This document shows, in pieces, positions 1-9,935 of a stretch of DNA of 64,000 bases. This DNA is from Candidatus Methanoperedenaceae archaeon (lineage in GTDB: Archaea > Halobacteriota > Methanosarcinia > Methanosarcinales > Methanoperedenaceae): assembly GCA_963753595.1 (NCBI GenBank), contig CAVWCX010000023.1, forward strand, positions 64,001 to 128,000. The letters run 5' to 3'. The stretch's first letter is position 1; the number at the start of each line of letters is the position of its first letter. Both the position numbers and the translations under genes were made by a program. The notes beneath the pieces are model-generated. The model ran no database searches, was not told the DNA's origin, and worked only from the letters and a program-made list of their open reading frames with translations.

Positions 1-1702
1 GGCAGCTGCTGCTATTTCCTGTACCATTGTGGCAACGTCTGCTGCTGCCTTTACGATCAGGTTGATGCCGGTCACTGATTCTTTCTCCATGCTCTCAACA
101 GCCTGCTTTGTGCCTTGCTGTATGCCTTTTATCAAATCGGTGATCTGATTTGCCGCGCCGCGGGATTCTTCGGCAAGTTTCCTGACCTCATCAGCAACTA
201 CGGCAAAACCCCTGCCATGTTCTCCCGCACGTGCAGCTTCTATGGCGGCGTTTAAGGCCAGGAGGTTTGTCTGGTCTGCGATATTTGTTATCACGCCAAT
301 GATTTCACCTATCTGCAGGGATTTATTATCAAGGTCTTTTATCAAAGTTGCGGACTTTGTCACATTAACCTGGACTTCCTGGGCAGTTTTATTAGCATTT
401 GTTGCGCCATCAGCCGCTTTCTGGGAATTGACCGCAACCTGCTGGACGCTTTCTGACATCTCTTTCATGGCTCGGCTGATCTCTGCCATCTTTGTCGCCT
501 GCGAGCTTACGCCTGTTGAAAGGTCCTGCGTGGTGCCTGATATCTGGTCAGTGGATGCTTTCATCTCTTCACTTGATGCAGAGAGTTCCTGGGCAGTGGA
601 TGCCACATTCATTGCTGATTGCTGCACTTTTCCAAGTACTCCTTTTAAGCTATTGGCCATTGTCTGTATGGCGTTGGAAAGCTGCCCGACTTCATCTTTG
701 GAGTCGTTAACAAGCTTTACTGTCAGGTCGCCTGCTGCAACCTTGTTGGCCGCCTGGAGCATTTCATCCATGGGTTTTGTGATCGCACGGGAGATATATA
801 TCCCGATACCAATACCTGTTACTATAGCAACGATAGAGATAATTATGATCGTGGTTTTGGCGGTTGAATTAGTACTGGCCATTTCGGCAAGTGCTGCTGC
901 TTCGTCAGTCTCTGCATCGGAAATTTTTCGAAGGCGGCCATGAGGCTCTATTCGTGAACGAAAGTTGTGAATTCAGTTGTTTTTGATGCTATCTTGGCAT
1001 CCGAATCCACAATCTTATCAAAAGCCGACTATACACATCAAGTTTGGCATTGATATCATCCTTTACATTTTGAGGCAATGTGCTTGCTGCGAGGTTTTTT
1101 TCAAGTATAATTTCATTATCATGCAATTTCTTCTGATACGCTACATCCTGCCTCATTATGTAATCTTTTTCATTTCTTCGCAATGTCAGCATATCGGCCA
1201 ATGAGCTGGTCATTATTCTGTTTCGTGATTTCTGCTTCAACAGCTGCACTGCGCTCCTCATTTCAACCTGCAGTCCCAGGTTTTCATCAAGGCCTTTTGT
1301 CTTAACGAGGTCAACAGTCTCAAGGAAATATTTTTCATAACCTTCAATATCGGTCACTATCTTTCCTGCTGACTCTTTTTCTGCCTGTGGGACATCAAGC
1401 GCCTGTATTGCATGGGCTTGCGTCTTAACATCTGCAACCGATGCTTTTACTTTATCCACATAAGTCAGGTCATGACGTGCAAAAAAGTCTTTCTCAGAAC
1501 GTCTTGCTTCAAGCATACTTACATCCATAGCAAGAGCTTTTTCTTTCATAGCGATCGTATTATCGATCACTTTTTTTGTTTCCTGGTCAACTGTACCAAG
1601 TGTGGTTATACTGACCACAGCTAATATTATGAGCAAAAGGCTGACAATGCCGAATCCGGCAAGAAGTTTCTTGCTTATTGACATATCTTTAATACTTACC
1701 AT
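1..1702 (-). CDS. Methyl-accepting chemotaxis protein 1 (HBM-like double-bundle sensor, HAMP, signalling domain); frameshifted near 950 and 1028, 3' end runs off the window
   Basis: ORF 989..1702 has TM1 plus duplicated MLxxRRxEKD(F/Y) sensor motifs. Manual translation of 1..950 gives TM2, HAMP and the MCP hairpin ([38 protein letters not shown]). Confidence 0.85.
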
Positions 1703-1775
1703 TTTAGTTTATTCCTCCATTGATTATGATTTTATCTGAGAGTACGCCCCTTCAGACAATTTATATATAAAGACA

Positions 1776-1816
1776 AATCCACCTCTTTATAAACGGATTT
1801 GTGAAAAAGGTGTGAA
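1776..1816 (-). promoter_or_regulatory. Promoter copy 1: TTCAC-N6-TTCAC-N7-TTTATAAA upstream of MCP1
   Basis: TATA box at 1786-1793. The same architecture recurs at 2005-2045, 4638-4678 and 6541-6571. Confidence 0.7.
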
Positions 1817-2004
1817 TTATAGCGTTTAGCAAGATGATATTAAAAAGCTATTAAAAACTATTTATATGATATCAAATTGCTAATAAAATCATTATATGAT
1901 TATTTGCATTGGGTAATAATAGCTTTTGCAGTTCATGAAGAGCATAAAGGAGGGATGATGCTTAATACATCATCAATAGGCGGTGAAAAAAAAGCTTTAA
2001 AGAG

Positions 2005-2045
2005 AATCCACCTGTTTATAGAAGATTGTATGAAAAAGATGTGAA
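2005..2045 (-). promoter_or_regulatory. Promoter-motif copy 2 (TTCAC-N6-TTCAT-N7-TATA-like), just downstream of cheW
   Basis: aatccacctgtttatagaagattgtatgaaaaagatgtgaa aligns ungapped to copies 1 and 3. Confidence 0.55.
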
Positions 2046-2069
2046 CGAAAAAAAAGAAAAAGCAACTTC

Positions 2070-2588
2070 TTAAGAAGTCGCTACTGCAGCTTCTGCTGCT
2101 ATGTTGTTTACATTGTGAAGTTCTTTTGCGCTGAGTATCTTATCAAGATCAAGGAGAATTAGCAGCCTGTCTTCCATCTTCCCAACGCCGCGCACGTATT
2201 CCGTGCCGATCTTATTGGCAATGACAGCCGGGGCCGGCTCAACACTGCTTTGCTGAAGGCGGATGACCTCACTCACTGAATCAACAATGAAACCCATTAC
2301 GGTCTCACCGATATCAGCAACAATGATACGGGTATTCTCATTCTGTTCTTTGCTTTCCATGCCCATTATCACATTGAGGTTTATCACAACGATTATCTTG
2401 CCTCGAAGGTTGATTATGCCCTTCACATAGCCCGATGCCTGCGGTATCTTTGTGATATTGGTCATGCGGATGATCTCCTGGACGTTCATGATCTCAACAC
2501 CGAACTCTTCAGTGCCGATATTAAAAACGACGAGCTGAAGCTCGTCGCCAGATTTTGCTTTTGCGTCCTGTGGTTGTTGTTCTGCCAT
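2070..2588 (-). CDS. cheW: Chemotaxis adaptor CheW
   Basis: LQLVVFNIGTEEFGVEIMNVQEII, GIINLRGKII and GFIVDSVSEV motifs; GGAG RBS. Confidence 0.95.
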   Translation of the reverse strand: MAEQQPQDAKAKSGDELQLVVFNIGTEEFGVEIMNVQEIIRMTNITKIPQASGYVKGIINLRGKIIVVINLNVIMGMESKEQNENTRIIVADIGETVMGFIVDSVSEVIRLQQSSVEPAPAVIANKIGTEYVRGVGKMEDRLLILLDLDKILSAKELHNVNNIAAEAAVATS

Positions 2589-2597
2589 GGTGTCCTC

Positions 2598-4562
2598 CTA
2601 TTTTGTCAGGTCTTCAAGACTTGAACCGGGGGAATTCACCCCGACATCAGCCCTCTCATCCCTGCTGGACTTACTGTCCGCTGTACTGTGTCCCTTCGTT
2701 TTCTTCTGACTGCTTTCAGGTTTATTTTTCGCAGGCTTGCGTTCTGCAGTCTTGTGTTCAACTGTCCTGGGTTCGACTGTCTTGTGCTCAACAGTTTTGT
2801 GTTCAGGTTTATACTCGACCCTTGGTGGTTCATAATGTTTCTGTTCTGTTACAGATTCATCGATTTTAAACCTGGCAACCTCGACCTGCAAATCATTTGA
2901 GAGTTGGGCCATACTCTGGGCAGCACTTACAAGCTGTTCCATTGTAGCTGCCTGCTCTTCTGCGGCGGCTGATGTTTCCTGTGTGCCTGCCGCTGATTGC
3001 TCGCTAATGGCTGATACATCCTCAACAGACGCTGTTACTTCTTCAACCGAGGCAGACTGCTCTTCGGCCGCTGCTGCTATTTCCTGTACCATTGTGGCAA
3101 CGTCTGCTGCTGCTTTGACGATCTCATCTATTGCAGTCACAGTATCCGCTATGTTCTTTGCGCCTTCGCCTACTGTCTTTGTGCCCTGTTCCATTGAGGT
3201 TACAGCCTGTTTTGTGCCCTGCTGTATATCTTTTATCAATCCTGTGATCTGGTTGGCAGCGCCGCGGGATTCTTCAGCGAGTTTCCTTACTTCATCTGCA
3301 ACTACCGCAAAGCCTCGGCCATGTTCTCCTGCACGTGCAGCTTCTATTGCTGCGTTTAAGGCCAGGAGGTTTGTCTGGTCTGCGATATTGGTGATTACAC
3401 CGATAATTTCACCGATCTGCTGCGATTTGCCATCCAGCTGTTTAATGACAGTTGCTGAATCATCCACAGTTGACTGGATCTCTGACATCTTTTTGGCAAC
3501 ATCGTCTGACATCTTACCCACCTTCTGGGCTGTCACGCTGGCTGAATTTGCGCCTTCTGCTGCCTTCTGGGAGTTGCCTGCGACCTGCTGGACGCTTTCT
3601 GACATCTCCTTCATGGCGCGGCTGATCTCTGCCATCTTGGATGCCTGTGAACTTACACCAGTTGCAATATCCTGCGTGGTGTTTGATATCTGGTCAGTGG
3701 ATGCTTTCATCTCTTCACTTGATGCTGAGAGTTCCTGGGCAGTGGATGACACATTCATTGCTGATTGCTGCACTTTTCCAAGCACTCCTTTTAAGCTATT
3801 TGCCATTGTCTGTATGGCGTTGGAAAGCTGCCCGACTTCATCTTTTGAGTCGTTAACAAGCTGTACTGTAAGGTCACCTGCTGCAACTTTGTTCGTGGCA
3901 TTAAGCATTGCATCAATGGGTTTTGTGATAGAACGGGAGATGTAGAAACCGATACCTATTCCAATGATTGCTGCTATTATGGCTACTGATAAGATTAGCA
4001 AAGTTGCATTTGAACCGTCAGCAGCAGCATGTTCTTCCGCCTCATTCATCTGGGTTACCTGCATGCTTTCAAATTCAGCAAGAGCTTTATTCAACTTTAT
4101 TCTGGTTTCATCATATCCTAGCATGGCAGTATCTACCCCAGCATCCTGTTTGTATCCAGCTGCTGTGATCGCATCCCATAGCTTCTGTCCTGCCTGTTTA
4201 TTTTCACTCGTCAATGTTTCTATCGTCGCTATATCCTGTTTTTCTTCTGCAGTTAAGGACATTGCTAATATTTTTGATTTATACGTCTCAAAATCTTGAT
4301 AGGCTTTATCCTGCTCCTTTTTAGCATCAGGATTTGCAAGGAGATGTTCAATATAGGCATCATTTGCTTGCATATTGGCATCTTTGAGGTCCTTTACAGC
4401 AATAGTCATAACTACATGATCCCCAGTAATTTCATTGAGTTCAGTAGTTATTTTACTAATACCATTATACCCAACATAACCTACAATAGTAAGAAGTAAT
4501 ACAACGAGAACAAACCCGCCGATCAACTTCTTGCTTATTGACATATCTTTAATACTTACCAT
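2598..4562 (-). CDS. Methyl-accepting chemotaxis protein 2 (four-helix-bundle sensor, HAMP, long signalling domain, low-complexity C-terminal tail)
   Basis: Two TM segments, HAMP (DEVGQL) and canonical MCP hairpin-tip motif. Confidence 0.95.
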   Translation of the reverse strand: MVSIKDMSISKKLIGGFVLVVLLLTIVGYVGYNGISKITTELNEITGDHVVMTIAVKDLKDANMQANDAYIEHLLANPDAKKEQDKAYQDFETYKSKILAMSLTAEEKQDIATIETLTSENKQAGQKLWDAITAAGYKQDAGVDTAMLGYDETRIKLNKALAEFESMQVTQMNEAEEHAAADGSNATLLILSVAIIAAIIGIGIGFYISRSITKPIDAMLNATNKVAAGDLTVQLVNDSKDEVGQLSNAIQTMANSLKGVLGKVQQSAMNVSSTAQELSASSEEMKASTDQISNTTQDIATGVSSQASKMAEISRAMKEMSESVQQVAGNSQKAAEGANSASVTAQKVGKMSDDVAKKMSEIQSTVDDSATVIKQLDGKSQQIGEIIGVITNIADQTNLLALNAAIEAARAGEHGRGFAVVADEVRKLAEESRGAANQITGLIKDIQQGTKQAVTSMEQGTKTVGEGAKNIADTVTAIDEIVKAAADVATMVQEIAAAAEEQSASVEEVTASVEDVSAISEQSAAGTQETSAAAEEQAATMEQLVSAAQSMAQLSNDLQVEVARFKIDESVTEQKHYEPPRVEYKPEHKTVEHKTVEPRTVEHKTAERKPAKNKPESSQKKTKGHSTADSKSSRDERADVGVNSPGSSLEDLTK

Positions 4563-4637
4563 TTTAGATTATTCCTCCATTGATTATGATTTTATCTGAG
4601 AGTATGCCCCTTCAGATTGATCCTGAATATCAAGAGA

Positions 4638-4678
4638 AATCCACCTGTTTATAAACGGATTTGTGAAAAAGGTGTGAA
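4638..4678 (-). promoter_or_regulatory. Promoter copy 3 upstream of the MCP2-cheW operon
   Basis: aatccacctgtttataaacggatttgtgaaaaaggtgtgaa, one mismatch to copy 1. Confidence 0.7.
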
Positions 4679-4870
4679 CTCGATGGTGCTTTTTGAGAAA
4701 AAGGCTATTTTTGGTGTTAGAAATTTAGCTGTCGGAACATTTCCCGGGCGAAATATTGCAGAATTATTGATATCTTATTGCTAGAAAAACGATATTAAAT
4801 GCTATATTTCTACTACCATATTGCTAAATCGATAGCTATAGCAATGATAATGAAATATTTGAAAATAGGA

Positions 4871-5024
4871 AACTGCAGATTCCGAGTCGCGCCGGAAGGG
4901 CGCAAACACAATGCCTGCGGGATTATGTAGGCACACTATCGACTGGCGTGGCAGTCGACGTGTATCCTGCTCCCGAAGGGTAATCGGCGCCGATAAACGC
5001 GGATTCGTGATAGGGTATCTGCGT
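4871..5024. repeat. GC-rich multi-hairpin element: a 9-bp-period GCAGAT/GCCGAT/GCGGAT repeat carrying a ~107-bp nested palindromic insert
   Basis: 4988-5024 matches the reverse complement of 53705-53741 at 34/37 nt. Internal stems GCGCC/GGCGC, TGCCTGC/GTAGGCA and TCGACTG/CAGTCGA. Confidence 0.6.
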
Positions 5025-5285
5025 CAGGCTGTGTGAAAAGTAATAAAAAATAACATTGAAATTGATAATTGTATTATTTATCACCCCATATCCCGGATTC
5101 CTTGATTGATTTTTTCAAGCTAGTTTTTTCAGCTATTCTTGCTAATTTGTTAGCTAGCAAATTGCTATTCAACCATAGTTTTGATATAGCAAATTATTAG
5201 CATTGATCCATTCAAAGGAATTGATGGTAAATTAAAACAGTTATTATTAAATCGAAATCAATTAAAAAATGATGAAAAAAATCTC

Positions 5286-5740
5286 TTATTTTCTTTTATT
5301 TGGCCTGAATCCTTCAAGGAAACTCGGAAGTTCTGTAGCTCTGCTTTTCTCTACTAATTTTGGTATCTCGTTAAATGAGGGTTTTTCCAGGCGACGATCA
5401 AATCCCGGTTCCTCTTTGCGAATATTGGGTAATTCAACTATTGGGTCGCTAACAATGACTTTCCTTACTGCCGGAGGTTCTTTTTTGGGGATCTTTGCTG
5501 CCTCAATAGTCTTATTATCCTTACTCGCTTTGCCTTTGATCTTGCCGTCAGAATAATAAGAATCAGGTGTTTTGATACCCAATGTTGAAGCTTTGGTCAC
5601 GAGGTCATTATATTCTCTTAAAACCCAGCCAATTTCAGAATGGTTCTTTAGCCCCACTTCAAAGCCAAGCTCATATATTTTCTTTAAAACCTCGGCTTTT
5701 TCCTTTTCTGTGCTTTTACTGGTAATACCTAAAACCCCTT
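5286..5740 (-). CDS. Hypothetical protein coupled to the KaiC-like ATPase; true start probably near 5740 (indel/substitution at the start)
   Basis: The frame of ORF 5286..5657 is open upstream to ~5738 (LGITSKSTEKEKAEVLKKIYELGFEVG), directly after the ATPase stop. Confidence 0.6.
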
Positions 5741-5743
5741 AGT

Positions 5744-6496
5744 TTACTTTTTAATCGGTTTTCCAACTTTTAAACCTTTATCAGAAAAGTCAATGGATCG
5801 CATTTCACAATCATGCTTTGTTCCACGCATTTTTATGATCTGCAAAGCACGGACCATACTTCCCTGCTTATCCATGTAATTATGCAGGAATATCACACCA
5901 TGAGATGCGAATTGTTCTATTGTATAAGCATCAGGTTTTGTAAGTTCGGATAGCAGGAAAGTTGTACATCCAAGAGTTTTCAGATTACGGATGAACCTGC
6001 CTATGGAACGCTCTTCAGCTGCAGGATTTTGTGTAGTGAACCTGATCGAAGATAAAGAGTCGATGACCAATCTCTTAATTCCGAACTGCTGTACCTGTTT
6101 TTCCACCTCTTTGAATACAGAAAATGGAGTAGGCGCTTGATTCGCAGGGGTGTCCCCTGATTGCTGGTGATAATCGGGAGTGATAACATTTGAAATCTCA
6201 TCATATTCCCCATAATTTGCAGAAGGACCAAGGTCTATAAAAAACAATTTTTTATTCTTGATAAGATCACCAATCGGTAGATTATATCTAGACATGTCTT
6301 CTACAATTGTTCCGATACTCTCGGATAATGCAAGGTATGCTCCCGCTTCTCCTTCCAGCGCCCCTGCCACAAGAAATTGGACGCCAAAAGTAGTCTTGCC
6401 GCTCCCCGGGGAACCGCTCAATAAGTATTGTCTTTCACGCAGCAATCCTCCTTCGACCAACGCATCAAATCCTTCAATTCCTGATTTTATTCTCAT
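5744..6496 (-). CDS. KaiC/RAD55 (FlaH-like) RecA-superfamily ATPase
   Basis: GSPGSGKT Walker A, RLVIDS Walker B, IIKMRGTKH arginine-finger motif. Confidence 0.9.
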   Translation of the reverse strand: MRIKSGIEGFDALVEGGLLRERQYLLSGSPGSGKTTFGVQFLVAGALEGEAGAYLALSESIGTIVEDMSRYNLPIGDLIKNKKLFFIDLGPSANYGEYDEISNVITPDYHQQSGDTPANQAPTPFSVFKEVEKQVQQFGIKRLVIDSLSSIRFTTQNPAAEERSIGRFIRNLKTLGCTTFLLSELTKPDAYTIEQFASHGVIFLHNYMDKQGSMVRALQIIKMRGTKHDCEMRSIDFSDKGLKVGKPIKK

Positions 6497-6540
6497 AATA
6501 AGCCTCGTAATAGCTAAGTATACGTGTTTAATTTTTTCTG

Positions 6541-6571
6541 TATATAAACACAGTTGTGAAAAGTGTGTGAA
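6541..6571 (-). promoter_or_regulatory. Promoter copy 4 upstream of the KaiC-like ATPase
   Basis: tatataaa-cacagtt-gtgaaaagtgtgtgaa has the same spacing as the MCP promoters, 45 bp from the start codon. Confidence 0.6.
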
Positions 6572-6660
6572 TTATCCTTAATAACCTGTACTATCAAAAC
6601 TATACTAAATATAATAACCCCCACTAAAATAATAACAAAAAAATATATACAAGGTGAAAA

Positions 6661-7842
6661 ATGTTTGAGGATATTTCAGAAAAATTAAAAAAATTTAAGA
6701 TGCCTGAAGAGTCCCTCATAAAGAAGATCGAGCGCATCAAGAAGACTCCAGATGCCGGAAATTCATCTACTACTCCTACAGTTCCTTCTTCTGAACCTGG
6801 TACGGGCACTGATCCTGGCAGTGGTCCTGCATCACCAAATGCACCCGATATTACAGAGCAGGTCAAGAAAGCCCAGGAGGAAATGACCCAGAAGATCGAA
6901 GAAATTATCAAATCTAAAACAGACCAGCTGAATTCAAGTGGAGAAGCCATTAAAGAATTTGATGTTAAAATAAACAAACTGGAGGGCGCTGTTTCGAACA
7001 CCAAAACTGCAGTTGGTGAATTTAAAGACAGGCTGGATAAAATAGATGAAAGTCTTCTAGAATTATTATCATTATATGAAGTCGTTTCAAGTACTGTAAA
7101 TCCCTTTGTAGGGGATAAGGGAATGGTTCCCAACGAGAAGTTGGATCAACTCGAGAAAAGAATTGATGTTATAAGCCAGAAACCGTCTGAAATCCCTGCA
7201 AATATCAAAGAAGAATATGATATTAAATTTAAAGCGCTTGAAGGGAGCCTGGAGGAGTTAACGCAGTTCATAGATTCAGCCCCGTTAAATCAGGAAGATA
7301 TGATCAAGAATGTTGCAGAGCAGGTAATGGAAAGAATAAAACCCATGATCGAACAAATAAAACCAATGATCGAACAACAACTGCAACAAACTGCGGCTGC
7401 ACAAGCATCGGCATTGCCCATCACACCTGATAATATGGGTTCTATGGATAATATGGATAATATCTCTCCTGGTTCACGATATAATGATGAAAATATAAAA
7501 CTGCAATATCTCGATAATAAAGCTGAAACTTCGATAATACTATTGAATTGGATTGAATTCTTACTGGAAAAGGTAGGAAGGAACAATCTCTCTGAGGTCC
7601 TTGAGTATTATATTGATATAGGCTGGATAAGCGAGGAAGTCTGCGAGAAAATGATAGCATATGCTAACGGCATAGATTATTATGTTGAAAGGCCCACCTG
7701 GAAACTGCTTCCCGACGACCATACAAGATCTTTGATGTTCATAGAACAGCTCAAGGGTAAGAAACTTGATAAGTCCATGCTATCAAAACTCGAAAGGGAT
7801 GTTGAAAAAGTAATCCGGACAAATGAAGTGTATGTTTCATGA
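6661..7842 (+). CDS. Archaellum accessory/switch protein with FlaC and FlaD/E (ArlCDE-like) domains
   Basis: LLSLYEVVSSTVNPF (FlaC-like); WIEFLLEKVG...LEYYIDIGWISEEV...DHTRSLMFI (FlaD/E). Confidence 0.85.
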   Translation: MFEDISEKLKKFKMPEESLIKKIERIKKTPDAGNSSTTPTVPSSEPGTGTDPGSGPASPNAPDITEQVKKAQEEMTQKIEEIIKSKTDQLNSSGEAIKEFDVKINKLEGAVSNTKTAVGEFKDRLDKIDESLLELLSLYEVVSSTVNPFVGDKGMVPNEKLDQLEKRIDVISQKPSEIPANIKEEYDIKFKALEGSLEELTQFIDSAPLNQEDMIKNVAEQVMERIKPMIEQIKPMIEQQLQQTAAAQASALPITPDNMGSMDNMDNISPGSRYNDENIKLQYLDNKAETSIILLNWIEFLLEKVGRNNLSEVLEYYIDIGWISEEVCEKMIAYANGIDYYVERPTWKLLPDDHTRSLMFIEQLKGKKLDKSMLSKLERDVEKVIRTNEVYVS

Positions 7843-7909
7843 TAGCTTGATCCTTGGCTATTTGATAGTAATTAGATAGCAATTACATATCAATTACTTA
7901 GAATCAATA

Positions 7910-8308
7910 TCATAATTCATTATCAAGGGCATTATTCACCATGCTATCAGTATAGCTATTTTCATCCCTTTTGATCCATTTGAAATCAATTTTCTTGAAA
8001 GTCCCGCATAATTTCCTGGCTTCGTTGAATAAAGGGATGAGATTTTCACTTTTAACCTTGTACCGCCCCGATATCTGCCTTATTATAAGCTGGCTGTCCC
8101 CTCTGACTTCAAGCTCTTTACATGCATGAGCATGTGCGAGCTTTAATCCCTCAATCAGCGCGTTCCACTCCGCAATATTGTTTGTCCCGATACCGATATT
8201 TTTTGAGATTTCACCTACTTTCTTCCCATCTTCCAATAACACCGCACCAATCGCCATCGGCCCGGGGTTTCCGCGGCATCCCCCGTCAAAGAACAATATG
8301 CAGCTCAT
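7910..8308 (-). CDS. rnhA: Ribonuclease HI
   Basis: FDGGCRGNPG, TNNIAEW, GDSQLI and WIKRDEN motifs. Confidence 0.9.
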   Translation of the reverse strand: MSCILFFDGGCRGNPGPMAIGAVLLEDGKKVGEISKNIGIGTNNIAEWNALIEGLKLAHAHACKELEVRGDSQLIIRQISGRYKVKSENLIPLFNEARKLCGTFKKIDFKWIKRDENSYTDSMVNNALDNEL

Positions 8309-8862
8309 ATCGGGATATCCCATAGCGGGTACCAGCGCTCTGTTTCTTTTTCTATCGGCAGTTCTTTTTCCATAATAGAGCGAAGCCTGAATTCATATGA
8401 TGAATCTCTTTTTTTCCCGTCAGGCACAAATGGATAATATTTTCCCTGCTTGAAGTTATAAATCCAGAAAACTTCTTTTTCTCCTTTGAATTTAAAAACC
8501 GCACACAACAACTGTTCACCAAAACCGTTGTCTGTAAGGGTCTCACTTACCATATAGATGGTGCTTACAAGATCTTCAAAATCCGGGTCGGAGAGGATGA
8601 CCCACAGATACCCATAAGAATCTTTTTTCATATTATGAAGGGTATTTGTTTCTTTGCAGCTTTGTTGCAGCAATTGGTTTATTTCAAGTTCCGCATTCTG
8701 GAACCCTGAAGCTTCAAGCGGCTTGAAACAAATACCGGCGCCGTTAGATGTCATGCCAAGATTGGAACTCAAAGTTACGTAAGCTGTTGACATGGCAAAA
8801 AGTTTATCCGATTTTGGCTTTGGAAGTTTACTTTTACCAAGAAGCGTATCAAGGAAACCCAT
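8305..8862 (-). CDS. PspAB-like protein, typical downstream partner of htpX
   Basis: MGFLDTLLG N-terminus, DSYGYLW, YNFKQGKYYPF and WYPLWDIP; overlaps the htpX stop. Confidence 0.75.
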   Translation of the reverse strand: MGFLDTLLGKSKLPKPKSDKLFAMSTAYVTLSSNLGMTSNGAGICFKPLEASGFQNAELEINQLLQQSCKETNTLHNMKKDSYGYLWVILSDPDFEDLVSTIYMVSETLTDNGFGEQLLCAVFKFKGEKEVFWIYNFKQGKYYPFVPDGKKRDSSYEFRLRSIMEKELPIEKETERWYPLWDIPI

Positions 8863-9750
8863 TAAAACTCCATTTTTCGCTCCATCTCCGTAAGTGCGCG
8901 TATGCGTGCTTCAACTGATGGATGTGTGGAAAAGAGATTCATAAAGGATTCACCTGAGATCGCAGGTATAATAAAGAATGCATTCATTGATTCAACTTCC
9001 CGCAGATCACGTGAAGGCACACGTTCCATGACGCCACTTATGGTCATAAGGGCGGATGCAAGGTGTGACGGCTGCCCTGTTATTATCGCCGAACCCCTGT
9101 CAGCAGCGAATTCCCTGTATCTTGAAAGTGCGCGGATAAGCAAAGAAACTCAGGATCCATACGATGATCGATACAATAAAAATGATCACACCCGCGCTGC
9201 CGTTTTTACGGTCATCCCTTCCACCCATTCCGAAAAACAGCATGTTCCTCACAAGTAAAGCTGCAACTGTGGACAGGAAACTTGCAATTGTGATAACAAG
9301 CATGTCACGGTTCTTTACATGGCTTAACTCATGGGCAAGAACTGCTTCAAGTTCAGGCTGGCTCAATCTTTGTTTCAGGGATGTGGTAACAGCCACAAGT
9401 GCGCTTTTCTTGCTTCGGCCTGTTGCAAAAGCATTCGGGACATTACTTTCAACAATAGCGATCTTTGGTTTAGGCAGATCAGCGATTGCACATAGCCTTG
9501 ATATAGTTTCATGAAGACCGGGCTCCTCCTGTTCGGTGACCACCCGTCCGCCGGTGCTCCAGAGTACCAGCTTGTCTGAATAGAAGAACTGGACAAACAG
9601 CATTATCATCATAAAAATAACCAGGATATTTGTCCATGCCCCGCCATAAGTCAATATCACTGCAAGAAAGACAAGATATAATCCGGCAAGCAGGAACATT
9701 GTCAATAACATGCGTGCTTGAAGCCCGTAATCACTGTACCATTTTTTCAT
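8862..9750 (-). CDS. htpX: Zinc metalloprotease HtpX (M48B), single frameshift near 9143
   Basis: PNAFATG and HELSH in ORF 9100..9750; SRYREFAAD and FSTHPS in ORF 8862..9143. Confidence 0.9.
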
Positions 9751-9782
9751 ATTGCCCTTATATGCGTTCGCTCATATTAAAA

Positions 9783-9820
9783 ATTGGCGATTGCCAATAT
9801 AGGAGACGTGTATATTGGCA
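9783..9820. promoter_or_regulatory. Inverted-repeat operator candidate upstream of htpX (TGCCAATATA-N9-TATATTGGCA)
   Basis: Perfect 10-bp arms at 9792-9801 and 9811-9820, plus overlapping ATTGGC-GATT-GCCAAT. Confidence 0.5.
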
Positions 9821-9935
9821 TTGCAAAAAAGGAAAAAGGGGTAACAGGTAAATAGAGATATTTGATACTACAATTATATCCCTATTGTCCCCTTTCTTTT
9901 TAAGTCTTCAACATTTCAATTAACTGCATCTGAAG

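Noticed and set aside
242-3945. Long plus-strand ORFs 242..943 and 2983..3945
   Set aside because: Antisense shadows of the MCP coiled-coil coding sequence.
4871-5024. Known riboswitch, SRP RNA, RNase P or tRNA
   Set aside because: No recognisable conserved motifs or expected length; better explained as a nested repeat element.
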